From: Acidobacteriota bacterium
GTDB lineage: Bacteria > Acidobacteriota > CAIWXX01
DNA: 64,000 bases
Reading direction: 5' to 3'
Assembly (NCBI GenBank): GCA_040755995.1
Contig: JBFMAF010000020.1
Span: forward strand, 128,001 to 192,000
The first letter of the stretch is position 1, and each line of letters opens with the position of its first letter. The notes beneath the pieces are model-generated. The model was not told the origin of the DNA, made no database searches, and saw nothing but the letters and a program-made list of their open reading frames with translations. Shown here in pieces: positions 9,538 to 19,925 of this stretch. The translations under genes were made by a program, and so were the position numbers.

Positions 9538-10800
9538 ATGAGAGCAAACGTCGTTTCGCTGGTTCTGTTTCCAGCGCTGGCAATCCTGCTTGCCTTCAAC
9601 ACGCCAGAGGCGGCAGCAGTGCAGTCCGAGACCGCGCAGCAGGAGGTTATGTATTTCGATGAGAACGGAGTCGCCTACCTGCCGGGCGACCTCTATGCTA
9701 CCGACCATGTCGCAGACGGCGCGGCATACTGGAACCTGCGCTATGTGCCTGCGACGGGCGCAGGAGGGTTCACCCAGGGTTCTCCAACCAGCGAGCCCGG
9801 CCACTACAAGGAGAACCAGTTCCAGCACATCCTGACCCGGAACATCGCTGTGATGGAGACCGAGGTGAGTCGGCAGATGTGGGCTGACCTGCTGGCGAAA
9901 CAAGCCAGCCTGCCGCCCGATCCCAGCCCTTCCGCGGTGCCCACGAACCACCCCTGTCAGGCGTCATGGTGCCAGTCTGTGCTATTCGCCAATCTGCTTT
10001 CCGTTCAGCAGGGGCTCACGCGCTGCTACCACACCGATAGCACCAAGAGCACGCCAATCGATGCCACGAACTACACGGCGGGCGGCTACTACTGCGACTT
10101 CGACGCGAACGGGTATCGGATGCCGACGGAGGGAGAATGGGAGTACTTCACCAGGGCCGGGACGACGACACCCTTCTCGATCAGCGAACCGAACTACAAC
10201 GCCGCCACCATGTACAGTTGCACAGCCGGAGTGCTGCCCAACCTGGAGTCAGTCGCGGTCTACTGCGCGAACTCGGTTGCCACGATGCCCGTCGGCAGCC
10301 TGCTGCCGAATCCATGGAACCTCCGTGATGTCCATGGCAACCTCTACGAGTGGTGCTGGGACTGGGCGGATTTTTACCCTCCGGCTGGCCAGACAGACTA
10401 CGCCGGTCCTGCCACGGGAGCGGCCCGCATCGTCCGGGGCGCGGCGTACCACTCGATTCCGGTCAACTGCCGCTCAGCCACGCGCGCGGGTGGTGCACCG
10501 GGCATCGTGAGCTCATACGTGGGCTTTCGTCTGGTCAGAACCCTCGCGTCCCCGGTCATCACCATGATCAAATCGAAGAAAGCGATTCGTGGCAGTCCAG
10601 CCACGATCTTCGGAACCGGCTTCTCGGCGACCAAGAGCGGCAACGCCGTCTACTTCGGTAAGAAGAAGGCCGATCTCAAGACTGCCACGGCAACCAGGCT
10701 CCAGGTGACCATCCCGTCCAAGTGCAAGAAGGGAGTCGTGGGTGTCTATGCCACGGTCAACGGCCTCAAGAGCAATACGTTCAATTTCCAGGTGAGGTGA
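9538..10800 (+). CDS. Secreted FGE/SUMF1-fold protein with C-terminal IPT/TIG-like domain
   Basis: AGGAG RBS, signal peptide; [36 protein letters not shown]-terminal PVIT...GTGFS...VYFG Ig-like domain. Confidence 0.85.
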   Translation: MRANVVSLVLFPALAILLAFNTPEAAAVQSETAQQEVMYFDENGVAYLPGDLYATDHVADGAAYWNLRYVPATGAGGFTQGSPTSEPGHYKENQFQHILTRNIAVMETEVSRQMWADLLAKQASLPPDPSPSAVPTNHPCQASWCQSVLFANLLSVQQGLTRCYHTDSTKSTPIDATNYTAGGYYCDFDANGYRMPTEGEWEYFTRAGTTTPFSISEPNYNAATMYSCTAGVLPNLESVAVYCANSVATMPVGSLLPNPWNLRDVHGNLYEWCWDWADFYPPAGQTDYAGPATGAARIVRGAAYHSIPVNCRSATRAGGAPGIVSSYVGFRLVRTLASPVITMIKSKKAIRGSPATIFGTGFSATKSGNAVYFGKKKADLKTATATRLQVTIPSKCKKGVVGVYATVNGLKSNTFNFQVR

Positions 10801-10809
10801 GTGACCATC

Positions 10810-12129
10810 ATGAATCCAGCAATCGCCCTTGCGTGTGTCTGTTTGATCGCGCTGCCGCTTGCGAGCGCCGAGGTGGCAGCGGTCTACTACGTCACCCCGG
10901 GGACGCCCACCGGCGGCGAAGACGGCTCCAAGGCCAACCCATTCCATTCCATCCAGCACGCCGTGACGGCCGCCGGCAGCACAGCCGCCACGGTTCGCGT
11001 GGCTGGAGGGGAGTACACAGAAGCCATCACGATCAGTCCCGGCATCCAGCTCTATGGGGGGTATGACCGCGCGGACTGGAAGCGGAAGTCGAGCCAGGTG
11101 TCGATTGTGCACCAGACTGGCAGCGGTGTCGATTTCAGCGGGGCCTCCGGAGACGAGTACCCTCCGATGGCGGTTCTTGACAGGTTCGAAATCCGAGGCG
11201 ATCCGGAGGTCGAGGATGCCCCTGTTGACATCGGATCGCCCCTGGGTCACTCGACGGTGCGGGCCACGGTTCGTGACTGCACGATCTACCCATCGAAAGC
11301 GCCCTTGAACCCGTCCCGCGACTCCCAGGCGATCTACGGCAGACTGTGCAACGTGAAGCTGCTTTCGAACAAGATCCTCGCGCGGGACGGCTTCATGGAG
11401 CGGGGCGAAGCGGTGGCACTGTACAGCGCCTCCGGCGAAATTCGCGGCAACCAGATCCTGCGGTTCGCCAGCCCCCTTTTCATCAGCTACCCGGGGGACG
11501 GTTCACTGAGCGTGAGCCGCAACACGCTCCTCGGGCTCGGGGGAATATCGATCTCCAACGGCGCCTCGCCGTCCATCGTGGACAACAGCGTGAAGCTCGA
11601 GCAGTACAGTGGCGGCTGCAGCTACGTCATTCACAACGACGCCTCTGTTGCAGCCTCTCATCCTGTCATCCGCGGCAATCGCTTCTTCATCGGTTGGCAG
11701 GGGCGCGGCATCTGCGAGTACGGCGACGAGGCCGATCCGGCCGAGTTGACCAAGAACCGCTACTACATGGGATCCGAGGCAACGTACGTCTATTGGGACT
11801 ACGACTCATCCGCCGACGGCAAGATCTACGACATCGACGATCTCAACAACCTCAGCGACATTCCAAAGATCGGCGGGAATACGTTGGCGCGCTGCTATTC
11901 GATCACCGGCATCGTTGATGACGCGCCCGAGGACACGGTCGTGAGAATCACAGGATCGGGAAGAACTGAGTCCATCCCAGCCGACGCACGCGGGTACTAC
12001 CAGTTCATGAATCTGCTCCCGGGCGCATACGTCGTAACGCCCGTGAGCTCTCAGGGCGAGTTCATACCATCGAGTGCGAAGGTGCAGATCGGCAAGAAGG
12101 ACATCGTTTTCAATTTCATTTCGAAATAG
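10810..12129 (+). CDS. Secreted right-handed beta-helix (DUF1565/pectin-lyase-like) protein with C-terminal carboxypeptidase-regulatory/Cna-B-like domain
   Basis: Signal peptide; YYV...DGSKANPFHSIQHAV...VRVAGGEY start typical of beta-helix proteins; C-terminal YSITG...DARGYYQFMNLLPGAYVVTP. Confidence 0.75.
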   Translation: MNPAIALACVCLIALPLASAEVAAVYYVTPGTPTGGEDGSKANPFHSIQHAVTAAGSTAATVRVAGGEYTEAITISPGIQLYGGYDRADWKRKSSQVSIVHQTGSGVDFSGASGDEYPPMAVLDRFEIRGDPEVEDAPVDIGSPLGHSTVRATVRDCTIYPSKAPLNPSRDSQAIYGRLCNVKLLSNKILARDGFMERGEAVALYSASGEIRGNQILRFASPLFISYPGDGSLSVSRNTLLGLGGISISNGASPSIVDNSVKLEQYSGGCSYVIHNDASVAASHPVIRGNRFFIGWQGRGICEYGDEADPAELTKNRYYMGSEATYVYWDYDSSADGKIYDIDDLNNLSDIPKIGGNTLARCYSITGIVDDAPEDTVVRITGSGRTESIPADARGYYQFMNLLPGAYVVTPVSSQGEFIPSSAKVQIGKKDIVFNFISK

Positions 12130-12142
12130 TGCAACGGAGGTC

Positions 12143-12628
12143 ATGATGAAAGCCATCTATCCGGCGTTACTGCTGGTCCTGGTGACATCTGCGCCTGCCT
12201 CGGCCCTGATGAGAAAGGTCAGCATCGAGGAGGTCACGGCGCACTCCTCGCAGATCGTGCTGGGGACCGTCATCGAGAAACACGCGGAATGGACACCCAC
12301 ACGATCGATTGTCACCACGGTGAAGGTGCAGGTTGAAGAGCGGATCATGGGCAGCTCCGGCGAGAGCTACGTGACGATCTCGGTGCCGGGGGGTGAAGTC
12401 GGCGAAATCGGCCTGATGGTGTCGGACATGCCGCAATTCGAGATCGGCCAGCGTGCCCTGATCTACCTCAACCGTTCGTTCCGACCGGGCCAGCACTGTG
12501 TGGCTGCCGCATTCCAGGGCAAGTACACCCTGGAGGGAGGCAGGGTTCTGGAGACAGGAGCGGCGGAACACGAGTTTGTCGAAGAGGTTCGCGTGGCCGC
12601 CAGGAACGAAATGGAGAGAAGAAAATGA
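12143..12628 (+). CDS. Secreted OB-fold (TIMP/NTR-like) protein, partner of the matrixin
   Basis: GGAGG RBS, signal peptide; SIEEVTAHSSQIVLGTV...VQVEERIMG...VPGGEVG...MPQFEIGQRALIYL pattern; stop overlaps the matrixin start (ATGA). Confidence 0.65.
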   Translation: MMKAIYPALLLVLVTSAPASALMRKVSIEEVTAHSSQIVLGTVIEKHAEWTPTRSIVTTVKVQVEERIMGSSGESYVTISVPGGEVGEIGLMVSDMPQFEIGQRALIYLNRSFRPGQHCVAAAFQGKYTLEGGRVLETGAAEHEFVEEVRVAARNEMERRK

Positions 12629-13233
12629 GCAGGCAGACTCTCTTCCTTGCTGCCGTTCTCGCGTTCGCCCTGTTCATCGCAGCCGACGCGACCGCCTACC
12701 AATACGACGGCGTCCGTTGGGACGGCACATCCGAGATCTACTACCTCCACACATCCGTCAGTGCGTGGTCATCTCCAATCAGGGCCGCAGGCGACGTCTG
12801 GACCAAGGCGGGATCGAAGTTCAGCTTCGTGTACAAGGGCACGACTGAGGCCCGCGTGAGCTGGGATGAGGATGATATCGACCACAAGAACATCGTCATG
12901 AAAGGCGTGCTGTGGGGACCGGAGTATGCCGGCATTCTCGCGCTGAACCACACGTGGTACAACACGACTACGAAGAGGATCATCGACTCCGACATCATCT
13001 TCAACACCTTGAGTTGCCACTACCTGTGGGTCACGGATGGATCCGACGACGGCTATGACGTACAGGATGTGGTGACACACGAGATGGGGCACAGCCTGCA
13101 GCTCGGGGACCTCTACTCGGCCAAGGATGCCGAGAAGACGATGTACGGCTACGCCGAGTGGGGAGAGACCAAGAAGAGAACCCTGCACGCCGACGACATC
13201 GCCGGCATCAAGGCCATCTACGGATCGAAGTAG
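12625..13233 (+). CDS. Matrixin-like metzincin metalloprotease
   Basis: Signal peptide; DSDIIFN, YDVQDVVTHEMGHSLQLGD zinc motif, Met-turn KTMYG, LHADDIAGIKAIYG. Confidence 0.88.
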   Translation: MSRQTLFLAAVLAFALFIAADATAYQYDGVRWDGTSEIYYLHTSVSAWSSPIRAAGDVWTKAGSKFSFVYKGTTEARVSWDEDDIDHKNIVMKGVLWGPEYAGILALNHTWYNTTTKRIIDSDIIFNTLSCHYLWVTDGSDDGYDVQDVVTHEMGHSLQLGDLYSAKDAEKTMYGYAEWGETKKRTLHADDIAGIKAIYGSK

Positions 13234-13384
13234 TCATGCCGAGGACCAGACGCGGCGACGCGGGGAGGGGCCTCGTGCGCGTCTCCGCGTCTCATGCCAT
13301 CCGTTGCGCCACGGCTCCGGAGGTGATTTCAACCACAGGGCTGCATGCCGGTGAGCGGCTGCAGCAATGTCAGGAGGTTCCATC

Positions 13385-15280
13385 ATGATTCGAAGTTACA
13401 CGGACAACGCCCCGGCCTCACCGGGACGGTCTCGCGTCGGGCGGCGGATGAATCCCAGGACGGCGCCTGTCGCTTCAGGGAGAACGCTATTGGCACGCAG
13501 GCAGACCATATGGCTGCGAAAGACGACCGCGGGCCTGGCCGCATGCGCGGCGATGCTCCTGCTGGGAGCTGCCGCTCACAGAGGAATACTCGCAGGAGGC
13601 GCGGAGGCGAGTGGGGTCCCAGAAATAGACGACGCCACCGCCGGGATCGCTTGCACCGCCACGGTCCCGAGCATGGGATTGACCGGCTCCCCTGTCCACT
13701 TCCAGGGCGCCGCGACACATGTGTGCGACACGCCTGGATCGCTGCTCCAGGTCGACCCGATCGTCGGCAACCTCCGCTGTGTTCCGGCGGGCACGTTCAC
13801 ACAGGGCTCGCCGGCTGGCGAAGCCTGCCGCTACTCCAGTGAGGCTCAATTCACTCACACCCTGACAAGGGCGATCGCCGTGATGGAGACCGAGGTCACG
13901 CGGCAGATGTGGGCAGACCTGAGGACGGCCCAGCCATTGTTGTTGTTCTCGGATGTGACCGACACAACCTACAGTCCGGACATGGCGTGTCCCGTCCAGA
14001 ACCTGATGTGGCGAGAGTCGTTGGTCTTCGCCAATGTGCTTTCAGTCCAGTCCGGACTCACACGCGGCTACTACATGGATCCGAATTTTGCGACTCCACT
14101 GGACGGAAACAACTACCTCACAGGTACCGTCTACTGCAACTGGGACGCAGGCGGATACCGGCTGCCCAGTGAAGGGGAATGGGAGTACTTCTGCCGGGCA
14201 GGCACGACCGGCGCGTTTTCGGTAGACGAACCGAACTACGGATCCGGCAACTGCCTCGCCTGTCCGCCGACACCGTATCTGAACGGGTTGGATACCGTGG
14301 CGTGGTGGTGTGGGAACGCGTCGAATCGGACTCACCCGGCTGGTCAGAAGACCGCAAATCCATGGAACCTCAGAGATGTCCATGGCAACGTCTACGAATT
14401 CTGTTGGGACATCTATGCCGCCTATCCAACGGGCGCCCGGAGCGACTACCGAGGGCCCGAGATATCGAGCACAACGCGAACCTACCGTGGCGGCAGCTTC
14501 CTGGCTCCCGGCTTCAATAGCCGGTCGGCAATGCGCGACAACATCGATGAGTTGGACCGTCATTACGCCTGGGGCTTCCGCCTCGTGAGAACCATACCGG
14601 TCACCTTCGACTGGAACTTCGGAGACGGCTCCCCGAACTCAAGCCAGCAGAGCCCCACCCATCAGTATTCCACGGACGGCACCTACCACTGGTCTCTCAC
14701 CGCGACGGCGAGCGGGCAGACCTGTACCAAGGATGGATCTATCGAGATATCGAGCAGCTGTATACCCCCGGTCATCACGACCCACCCACAGAGCCAGACC
14801 ATACCCAGCGGACAGTCAGCCAACCTCTCGCTCACTGCCACCGGCACCGTTGTCTCATACCGATGGTACCAGGGAGCTGCGGGCGACACCTCTCATCTCC
14901 TGACGGACGGCCCTTCGAGCACATACACAACAGCTCCATTGACGACCACAACCTCCTTCTGGGTGCAGGCCTACAACACGTGCGGGACTGACAACAGCGA
15001 CGCGGCTACGGTCACAGTGACAGGCGGCGGTCCGGTGATCACGAAGATCAAGAGCAAGACGAGCAAGCCCGGGAGCTCTGCGACGATCTACATCACCGGC
15101 CACAGCACGGACAAGACAGAGCTTGCCGTCTACTTCGGAAACAAGAAAGTCAAGACGATCTCTAAAGTAACGTCCAAGTACATCAAGGTGACGATTCCCA
15201 AGGTGAAGAAAGGAACAGTCGCCGTGCACGTCAAGAGCAACGGAGTCGAATCGAACCGTTTCAACTTCCAGATCAAGTGA
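13385..15280 (+). CDS. Surface protein: FGE/SUMF1-fold domain + PKD + Ig-like + IPT/TIG domains
   Basis: AGGAGG RBS; FGE motifs [36 protein letters not shown]...PTHQY; Ig [12 protein letters not shown]...YRWYQG; C-terminal TIG-like domain. Paralogous to 9538-10800. Start position uncertain. Confidence 0.82.
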   Translation: MIRSYTDNAPASPGRSRVGRRMNPRTAPVASGRTLLARRQTIWLRKTTAGLAACAAMLLLGAAAHRGILAGGAEASGVPEIDDATAGIACTATVPSMGLTGSPVHFQGAATHVCDTPGSLLQVDPIVGNLRCVPAGTFTQGSPAGEACRYSSEAQFTHTLTRAIAVMETEVTRQMWADLRTAQPLLLFSDVTDTTYSPDMACPVQNLMWRESLVFANVLSVQSGLTRGYYMDPNFATPLDGNNYLTGTVYCNWDAGGYRLPSEGEWEYFCRAGTTGAFSVDEPNYGSGNCLACPPTPYLNGLDTVAWWCGNASNRTHPAGQKTANPWNLRDVHGNVYEFCWDIYAAYPTGARSDYRGPEISSTTRTYRGGSFLAPGFNSRSAMRDNIDELDRHYAWGFRLVRTIPVTFDWNFGDGSPNSSQQSPTHQYSTDGTYHWSLTATASGQTCTKDGSIEISSSCIPPVITTHPQSQTIPSGQSANLSLTATGTVVSYRWYQGAAGDTSHLLTDGPSSTYTTAPLTTTTSFWVQAYNTCGTDNSDAATVTVTGGGPVITKIKSKTSKPGSSATIYITGHSTDKTELAVYFGNKKVKTISKVTSKYIKVTIPKVKKGTVAVHVKSNGVESNRFNFQIK

Positions 15281-15332
15281 ACAGGGTCAGAGACACAGGT
15301 CACACCCAGGGAGTTGCAGCCACGGGTTTCAC

Positions 15333-15575
15333 GGGCTCTGCCTCTGGCCGATCTACCGGCTGATGGGCCGCGACTACGAGGCCGCCGTCATCTCGGCCGG
15401 CTTCTGCGGATTCATGCTGGGCACCACCGCCAACTCGATGGCGAACATGGAAACACTGGTCGAGCGCTACGGGCCGGCACCGAAGGCGTTTCTTGTGGTG
15501 CCGATGGTCGGGGCTTTCTTCATCGATTTCACCTACGCGCTCATCATCACTGCGTTTCTCAACTTCTGGCGCTGA
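15333..15575 (+). pseudogene. gltS: 3' fragment of sodium:glutamate symporter
   Basis: PIYRLMGRDYEAAVISAGFCGF...NMETLVERYGPAPKAFLVVPMVGAFFIDF matches the GltS C-terminus; the 5' majority of the gene is absent. Confidence 0.8.
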
Positions 15576-15956
15576 GCGAGCCGGAAGCAGATCATTCTCG
15601 CCCGGGCGTCTCATCACGATTGACCGATCTTGCGGGTTTCGGGCATGGCTGTCGCGTTCGTGTGCGAGAGTGTGCATGGACCTAGAGGCCCCCATCGGGA
15701 ACGCATTCGACCCGGCTGCTGTCCGACCCGCCAGTCGCGTCAACTGGCCGGTGTGTCCCGGCGAGGCGCTGCTCGCACCAAGGCGCGAGCCCCTGATCTG
15801 GGCGAGCGATAGTCTCTTGTGCAGTGTGAGGCTGTGTGGAGGAAGCAGGTCTCGCTGGGGTTCTGTGGGTTGAACCGATGTGGAAGGAAACGAGGGTGGA
15901 CGCGGCTCCGCTTGGACCCCGGTCCACTTCGAGGTACCGGAGAGGAGGTTCGGCAG

Positions 15957-16937
15957 ATGCGATACAATGACATCTCACAGCTTTGGGCTCATCGTCTGGG
16001 CGGGGTAAGAGACCACCTTTTCACTGCGGGGCTGACACTGCGCCGGGTGGCGGCCTACGCAGTCTGTGTCGTCTCCGCTATGCTCGGCCCGCACGGATTC
16101 GCTCACGGCCAGGATAAGCCGGCAGGCACGTTCGCGGATCTGCTCGACCTGGCCACTCAGTATGCCACCTCGTATGAGGAAGCCCTTTCGTCGGTCGTCG
16201 CAGAAGAATCATACGAGCAGCGGGTATACGCAACGGCGCGTCCAATCCAGTCGGGGCTCTCACTCGCGGCCCCCACAGCGATGCCACAATCCAAGTTGAT
16301 CTCCAAGCGTCTCCTGCGATCTGACTACTTGCTGGTCAAGGTGGAAGCTGTGGACGGCTGGGTGCCATTCCGTGACATATACGAGGTCGACGGGGAGCCC
16401 GTGCGGGAGCGGGATGACCGACTGGTGAAGCTGTTCCTGGAGTCGCCGGCCACGGCGCTCGAGCAGTCCAGCCGCATCATGTCTGAGAATGCCAGGTTCA
16501 ATGCAGGCGGGGTCACGCGGAACCTGAATCTCCCGACACTGGTGCTCACGTTTCTGACCCGTGAGCGCAGGCCACGGTTCACGTTTGCTCTGGCGGGAAG
16601 CGAGAGAGTCGGCGGGGTCTCGGCGGTGCGCATCAAGTACACTGAGACAGCCCGCCCGCCCATCATAAGTGGAGGCCCGGACGGCGATCTCGTCTCCAAC
16701 GGCACGATCTGGGTGGATCCCTCCTGCGGCCGTGTCCTGCGCACAGAACTGCTGTTGAAGAGCACCGCGGTCAAGGCCAAGATCACAGTAGCGTACGGGC
16801 CTGACACGAAAGCCAACATATGGGTCCCTGTGCGAATGACGGAGAAGTACGAAAGTGCGCAGCAGACCATCGAAGGGGAAGCGAGCTACTCCAATTTCCG
16901 CCGCTTCCAGGTCGAGACCACTCCGTCTATCGAGTAA
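15957..16937 (+). CDS. Hypothetical exported protein of the type found beside acidobacterial VWA proteins
   Basis: GAGGAGG RBS; VVAEESYEQ, RLLRSDYLLV, WVPFRDIYEVDG, IWVDP..GRVLRTEL, ASYSNFRRF (beta-rich); directly upstream of the VWA gene. Confidence 0.7.
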   Translation: MRYNDISQLWAHRLGGVRDHLFTAGLTLRRVAAYAVCVVSAMLGPHGFAHGQDKPAGTFADLLDLATQYATSYEEALSSVVAEESYEQRVYATARPIQSGLSLAAPTAMPQSKLISKRLLRSDYLLVKVEAVDGWVPFRDIYEVDGEPVRERDDRLVKLFLESPATALEQSSRIMSENARFNAGGVTRNLNLPTLVLTFLTRERRPRFTFALAGSERVGGVSAVRIKYTETARPPIISGGPDGDLVSNGTIWVDPSCGRVLRTELLLKSTAVKAKITVAYGPDTKANIWVPVRMTEKYESAQQTIEGEASYSNFRRFQVETTPSIE

Positions 16938-17019
16938 GACCGTGTCCTGCTCCGACCCCCAGAGGCTCTGCTATGCCATCAGTAACGCACCCTGGGCTGG
17001 ATCTCGTGGAGGTAGAGGA

Positions 17020-19245
17020 ATGAGGCGAATCACCGGGGCTTTGCTCGTTACGCTCGCGATATCTGGGTTGCCGCTCGTCTCCAACGCTGAAGAGGTTTCT
17101 GAAAAGGCGGGTGTGACGCTTGTGGAAGTACCGGTGTACGCCACCGACCGCGATGGGAAGCCGGTCGTCGATCTTCGGATGGACGAGTTCGTCGTGGAAG
17201 AGGACGGGAAGCCGCAGGAGGTCCTGTTCGTGCAGAGGATCGTCGCCGGCCAACCCGCCGATGAGGCGGCCTCGAGGGACGCCGGGGATGCGTCTGCGCT
17301 GCCTCCGGAGGGCGGCGCACTGGCCGTTCAGCGGCATTTCGTGCTGGTGTTCGACCTCACCTTCAACACACTGGAGGGGCTTGGCAGAGCACGCCAATCC
17401 GCCTGGCGTTTCGTCACCGAGAAGCTTGCGCCGGACGAGAAGGTTGCGGTGTTCTCCATCTCCCGAACAAAGGGCCTTCGGATGTGCTCGAACTTCACCA
17501 GCGATCGCGGGAGGCTCGCCGAAGCCATCGCCGACCTTGTCGGCACGGGTGCCGACGGCATGTTGGAACGGTCCGCAGGGCTGGTGGAAAGACCGGTCTC
17601 CGGCATTGACCTGGCTGATGCCAGGATGCCCGGCCTCGGCGCGGCTCCTGCCTCGACCGACGGGCTGGAGGTCATGCTGGCCAACCTGCCCCCACAGATC
17701 GCAGACAACATTCAGCACGTCCAGCGCTTTGACAGATTCGCGCTGAGGACCGCCGTGCTGGACTACCTCGAGACCCTGCGCAATCTCGCCCTTTCACTCA
17801 ATGTGCTGCCGGGCCGCAAGATCGTGATCCTGTTCTCGACCGGCTTCGACGCCGGCAAGGCCTTCTTCAACGAGGAGGATGCTCTCAGCGGAATGGGGAC
17901 AAACTACAGCGAGACGATGGACACGACGGCCAGGATCGTCGACAGCGCGAGCCTCGATCAGGCCAAGGCGGTCATGGGCTACTTCTCGACTTCGGATTGC
18001 CGCCTCTTCGCGGTCGATGCTGCCCCGACCGCGGGCTTCAGCGTCGATGGAGGGTCCACGGTCGCGCACCAGCAGGCCACGGCTCAACGCGCCAGCCAGG
18101 ACTCGCTCGCGATACTCGCCTCCGAGGCCGGCGGACGGTTCTTCAAGGCCGCCTCGGCGCCCGACCGGACGCTCGGTGTGATCGAGGAGGAAACACGGCA
18201 GTATTATCTGCTGGCGTATACACCGCCCGCCGGGGAGGAGAAGGGTGCGTACCACGACATCCGCGTCAAGGTGTCACGGCCTGGATTGACCATCGTCAAC
18301 CGCAAGGGCTACTACGACAGGAAGCCCTTCAACGCGTACTCGCCTCTAGAGAAGGACCTGCAGGTCGCCGAGATACTTCACAACAACCGCGAGCTGACAC
18401 ATATCGAGCTTTCCAGCCTGCCGCTCGGATTCCCGGCCCGGCCCCCGACTGCGGTCGGACTGACGCAGGTGTTGCTCCACCTCTTCCTCCCCGGCCCCCC
18501 GAACAGTCGGGTGCTCGGACGCGACACCGAAGCTTTCGTCTTTGCGTCGGACGCCGACGGAAAGATCGTCGACTTCTTCCGGTCCAAATGGCAGATCGCC
18601 AACGAGGAGCAGATGGAGCGGGCTCGGCGAGCTGGCATGAGCTGTACAGAGCAGCTCTTCCTGCGCCCGGGCAGCTACACGCTCAAAGTAGTGGTGCGGA
18701 ATGTCGAGACAGGTGCTGCTGGATCACGAAATCTCCAGATCGTCGTTCCGGACTTCAACAGGGCGACACTCTTCATGGCAACCCCGTCCTTCTTGTCATC
18801 AGGGTCTGGCAGTCTAGCGATTTCGTCACTCTTCTCGCAGAAACCGGCTTCGCAGGGCGAGAGCACGAATTCCAGCTATCCTCTCACCCTCGCGGGAAAG
18901 ACCTACGTTCCCGCCATTGCTCCCGAAATGGCGCCCCAGCAGGAGATACCCGTGTTCCTGAAACTCTACAACGTGCACCTGGATCCGAAGACGAGCAAAC
19001 CCCATCTCCAACTGCGGTGGCTTATCGAGAGCCTGAACGGTACGGCCCAGCAACAGGCGGACTGCCGGCCCGATCGACACAGCATCTCCCCTGACGGCTC
19101 GGCCGACTTCCTCTTCCTCTTCAAGCCGCCCCAGCTCGATCCGGGCGACCATCTTCTCCGAGTCATGGTGGAAGACTCGGTCAGCGGTGAAAGCGCGAGC
19201 GGGGCACTGTACTTCCAGACGGGCGGGCCCAGTCAGGGACGATAG
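17020..19245 (+). CDS. VWFA-related acidobacterial-type domain protein
   Basis: Signal peptide; VEVPVYATDRDGKPVVDL..DEFVVEEDGKPQ, FVLVFD, LPGRKIVILFSTGF, LASEAGG, YYLLAYTP, YHDIRVKV, RKGYY. Confidence 0.85.
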   Translation: MRRITGALLVTLAISGLPLVSNAEEVSEKAGVTLVEVPVYATDRDGKPVVDLRMDEFVVEEDGKPQEVLFVQRIVAGQPADEAASRDAGDASALPPEGGALAVQRHFVLVFDLTFNTLEGLGRARQSAWRFVTEKLAPDEKVAVFSISRTKGLRMCSNFTSDRGRLAEAIADLVGTGADGMLERSAGLVERPVSGIDLADARMPGLGAAPASTDGLEVMLANLPPQIADNIQHVQRFDRFALRTAVLDYLETLRNLALSLNVLPGRKIVILFSTGFDAGKAFFNEEDALSGMGTNYSETMDTTARIVDSASLDQAKAVMGYFSTSDCRLFAVDAAPTAGFSVDGGSTVAHQQATAQRASQDSLAILASEAGGRFFKAASAPDRTLGVIEEETRQYYLLAYTPPAGEEKGAYHDIRVKVSRPGLTIVNRKGYYDRKPFNAYSPLEKDLQVAEILHNNRELTHIELSSLPLGFPARPPTAVGLTQVLLHLFLPGPPNSRVLGRDTEAFVFASDADGKIVDFFRSKWQIANEEQMERARRAGMSCTEQLFLRPGSYTLKVVVRNVETGAAGSRNLQIVVPDFNRATLFMATPSFLSSGSGSLAISSLFSQKPASQGESTNSSYPLTLAGKTYVPAIAPEMAPQQEIPVFLKLYNVHLDPKTSKPHLQLRWLIESLNGTAQQQADCRPDRHSISPDGSADFLFLFKPPQLDPGDHLLRVMVEDSVSGESASGALYFQTGGPSQGR

Positions 19246-19400
19246 CCGTGTGAGCCCGTTGCGGCGGCTGCAGGCGCATACGTTGGCGGAGATGATGCGG
19301 CGGGCACGACTCCCATCCCACCGTTGTGCTCAGGTTCGCCCCCCAGGTTCGGAGCGCCTGAACACGGTGACAGTTCTCGCGAGGTCTTCGCAAGAACCAT

Positions 19401-19925
19401 GTGGCATCGACGAATCACCGCGACAAGGGGATGGCCGGCAACGTCGGAGTACTTGCCAACTCGATCTACAAGGACAAGAAGATTATCCTCTGGGCCCACA
19501 ATTTCCACATCTCGCGCAATGCCGCGGACACGCTTGAATACGAGGGAATCGTGAACATGGGCCGCTGGCTGTCAGAGAAGTTCCAGTCCCAGCTCTACGT
19601 GCTAGGCCTATTCATGTATCAAGGAACGGCCGCGTGGAACAACAGGAGCGTATACACGCTCACCGATCCGCTGCCGAACAGTACCGAAGCCATCCTCTCC
19701 GAGAGCCTGCAGGAATACTGTTTCGTCGACATGCTCGGCCAAGAGAATACAGCCGGCACGTCATGGATGTTCCAGGCAATCCCGTATAAGGAATGGGGAT
19801 GGGGGAATTATGTCATGACGCCGCGGAACCAATACGACGGTCTTCTCTTCATCAGGAATGTCAATCCGCCGACGTACTTGCCCCGAGGAGCAGCGCGCCT
19901 TTGCGCTGCGCAATCCGGACACTGA
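19401..19925 (+). pseudogene. C-terminal fragment of an erythromycin-esterase (Ere/TIKI-like) family protein
   Basis: RDKGMAGNV...KIILWAHNFHI...MGRWL...QYDGLLFI is the C-terminal half of the family; the N-terminal GExxH region is missing and the 3' end overlaps the convergent gene. Confidence 0.7.

Noticed and set aside
9538..15280. FGE/CLec-fold proteins as diversity-generating retroelement targets
   Set aside because: No reverse transcriptase, and no near-identical template repeat differing only at adenines, was seen in the window. The paralogues differ at all base types. A remote DGR cannot be excluded.
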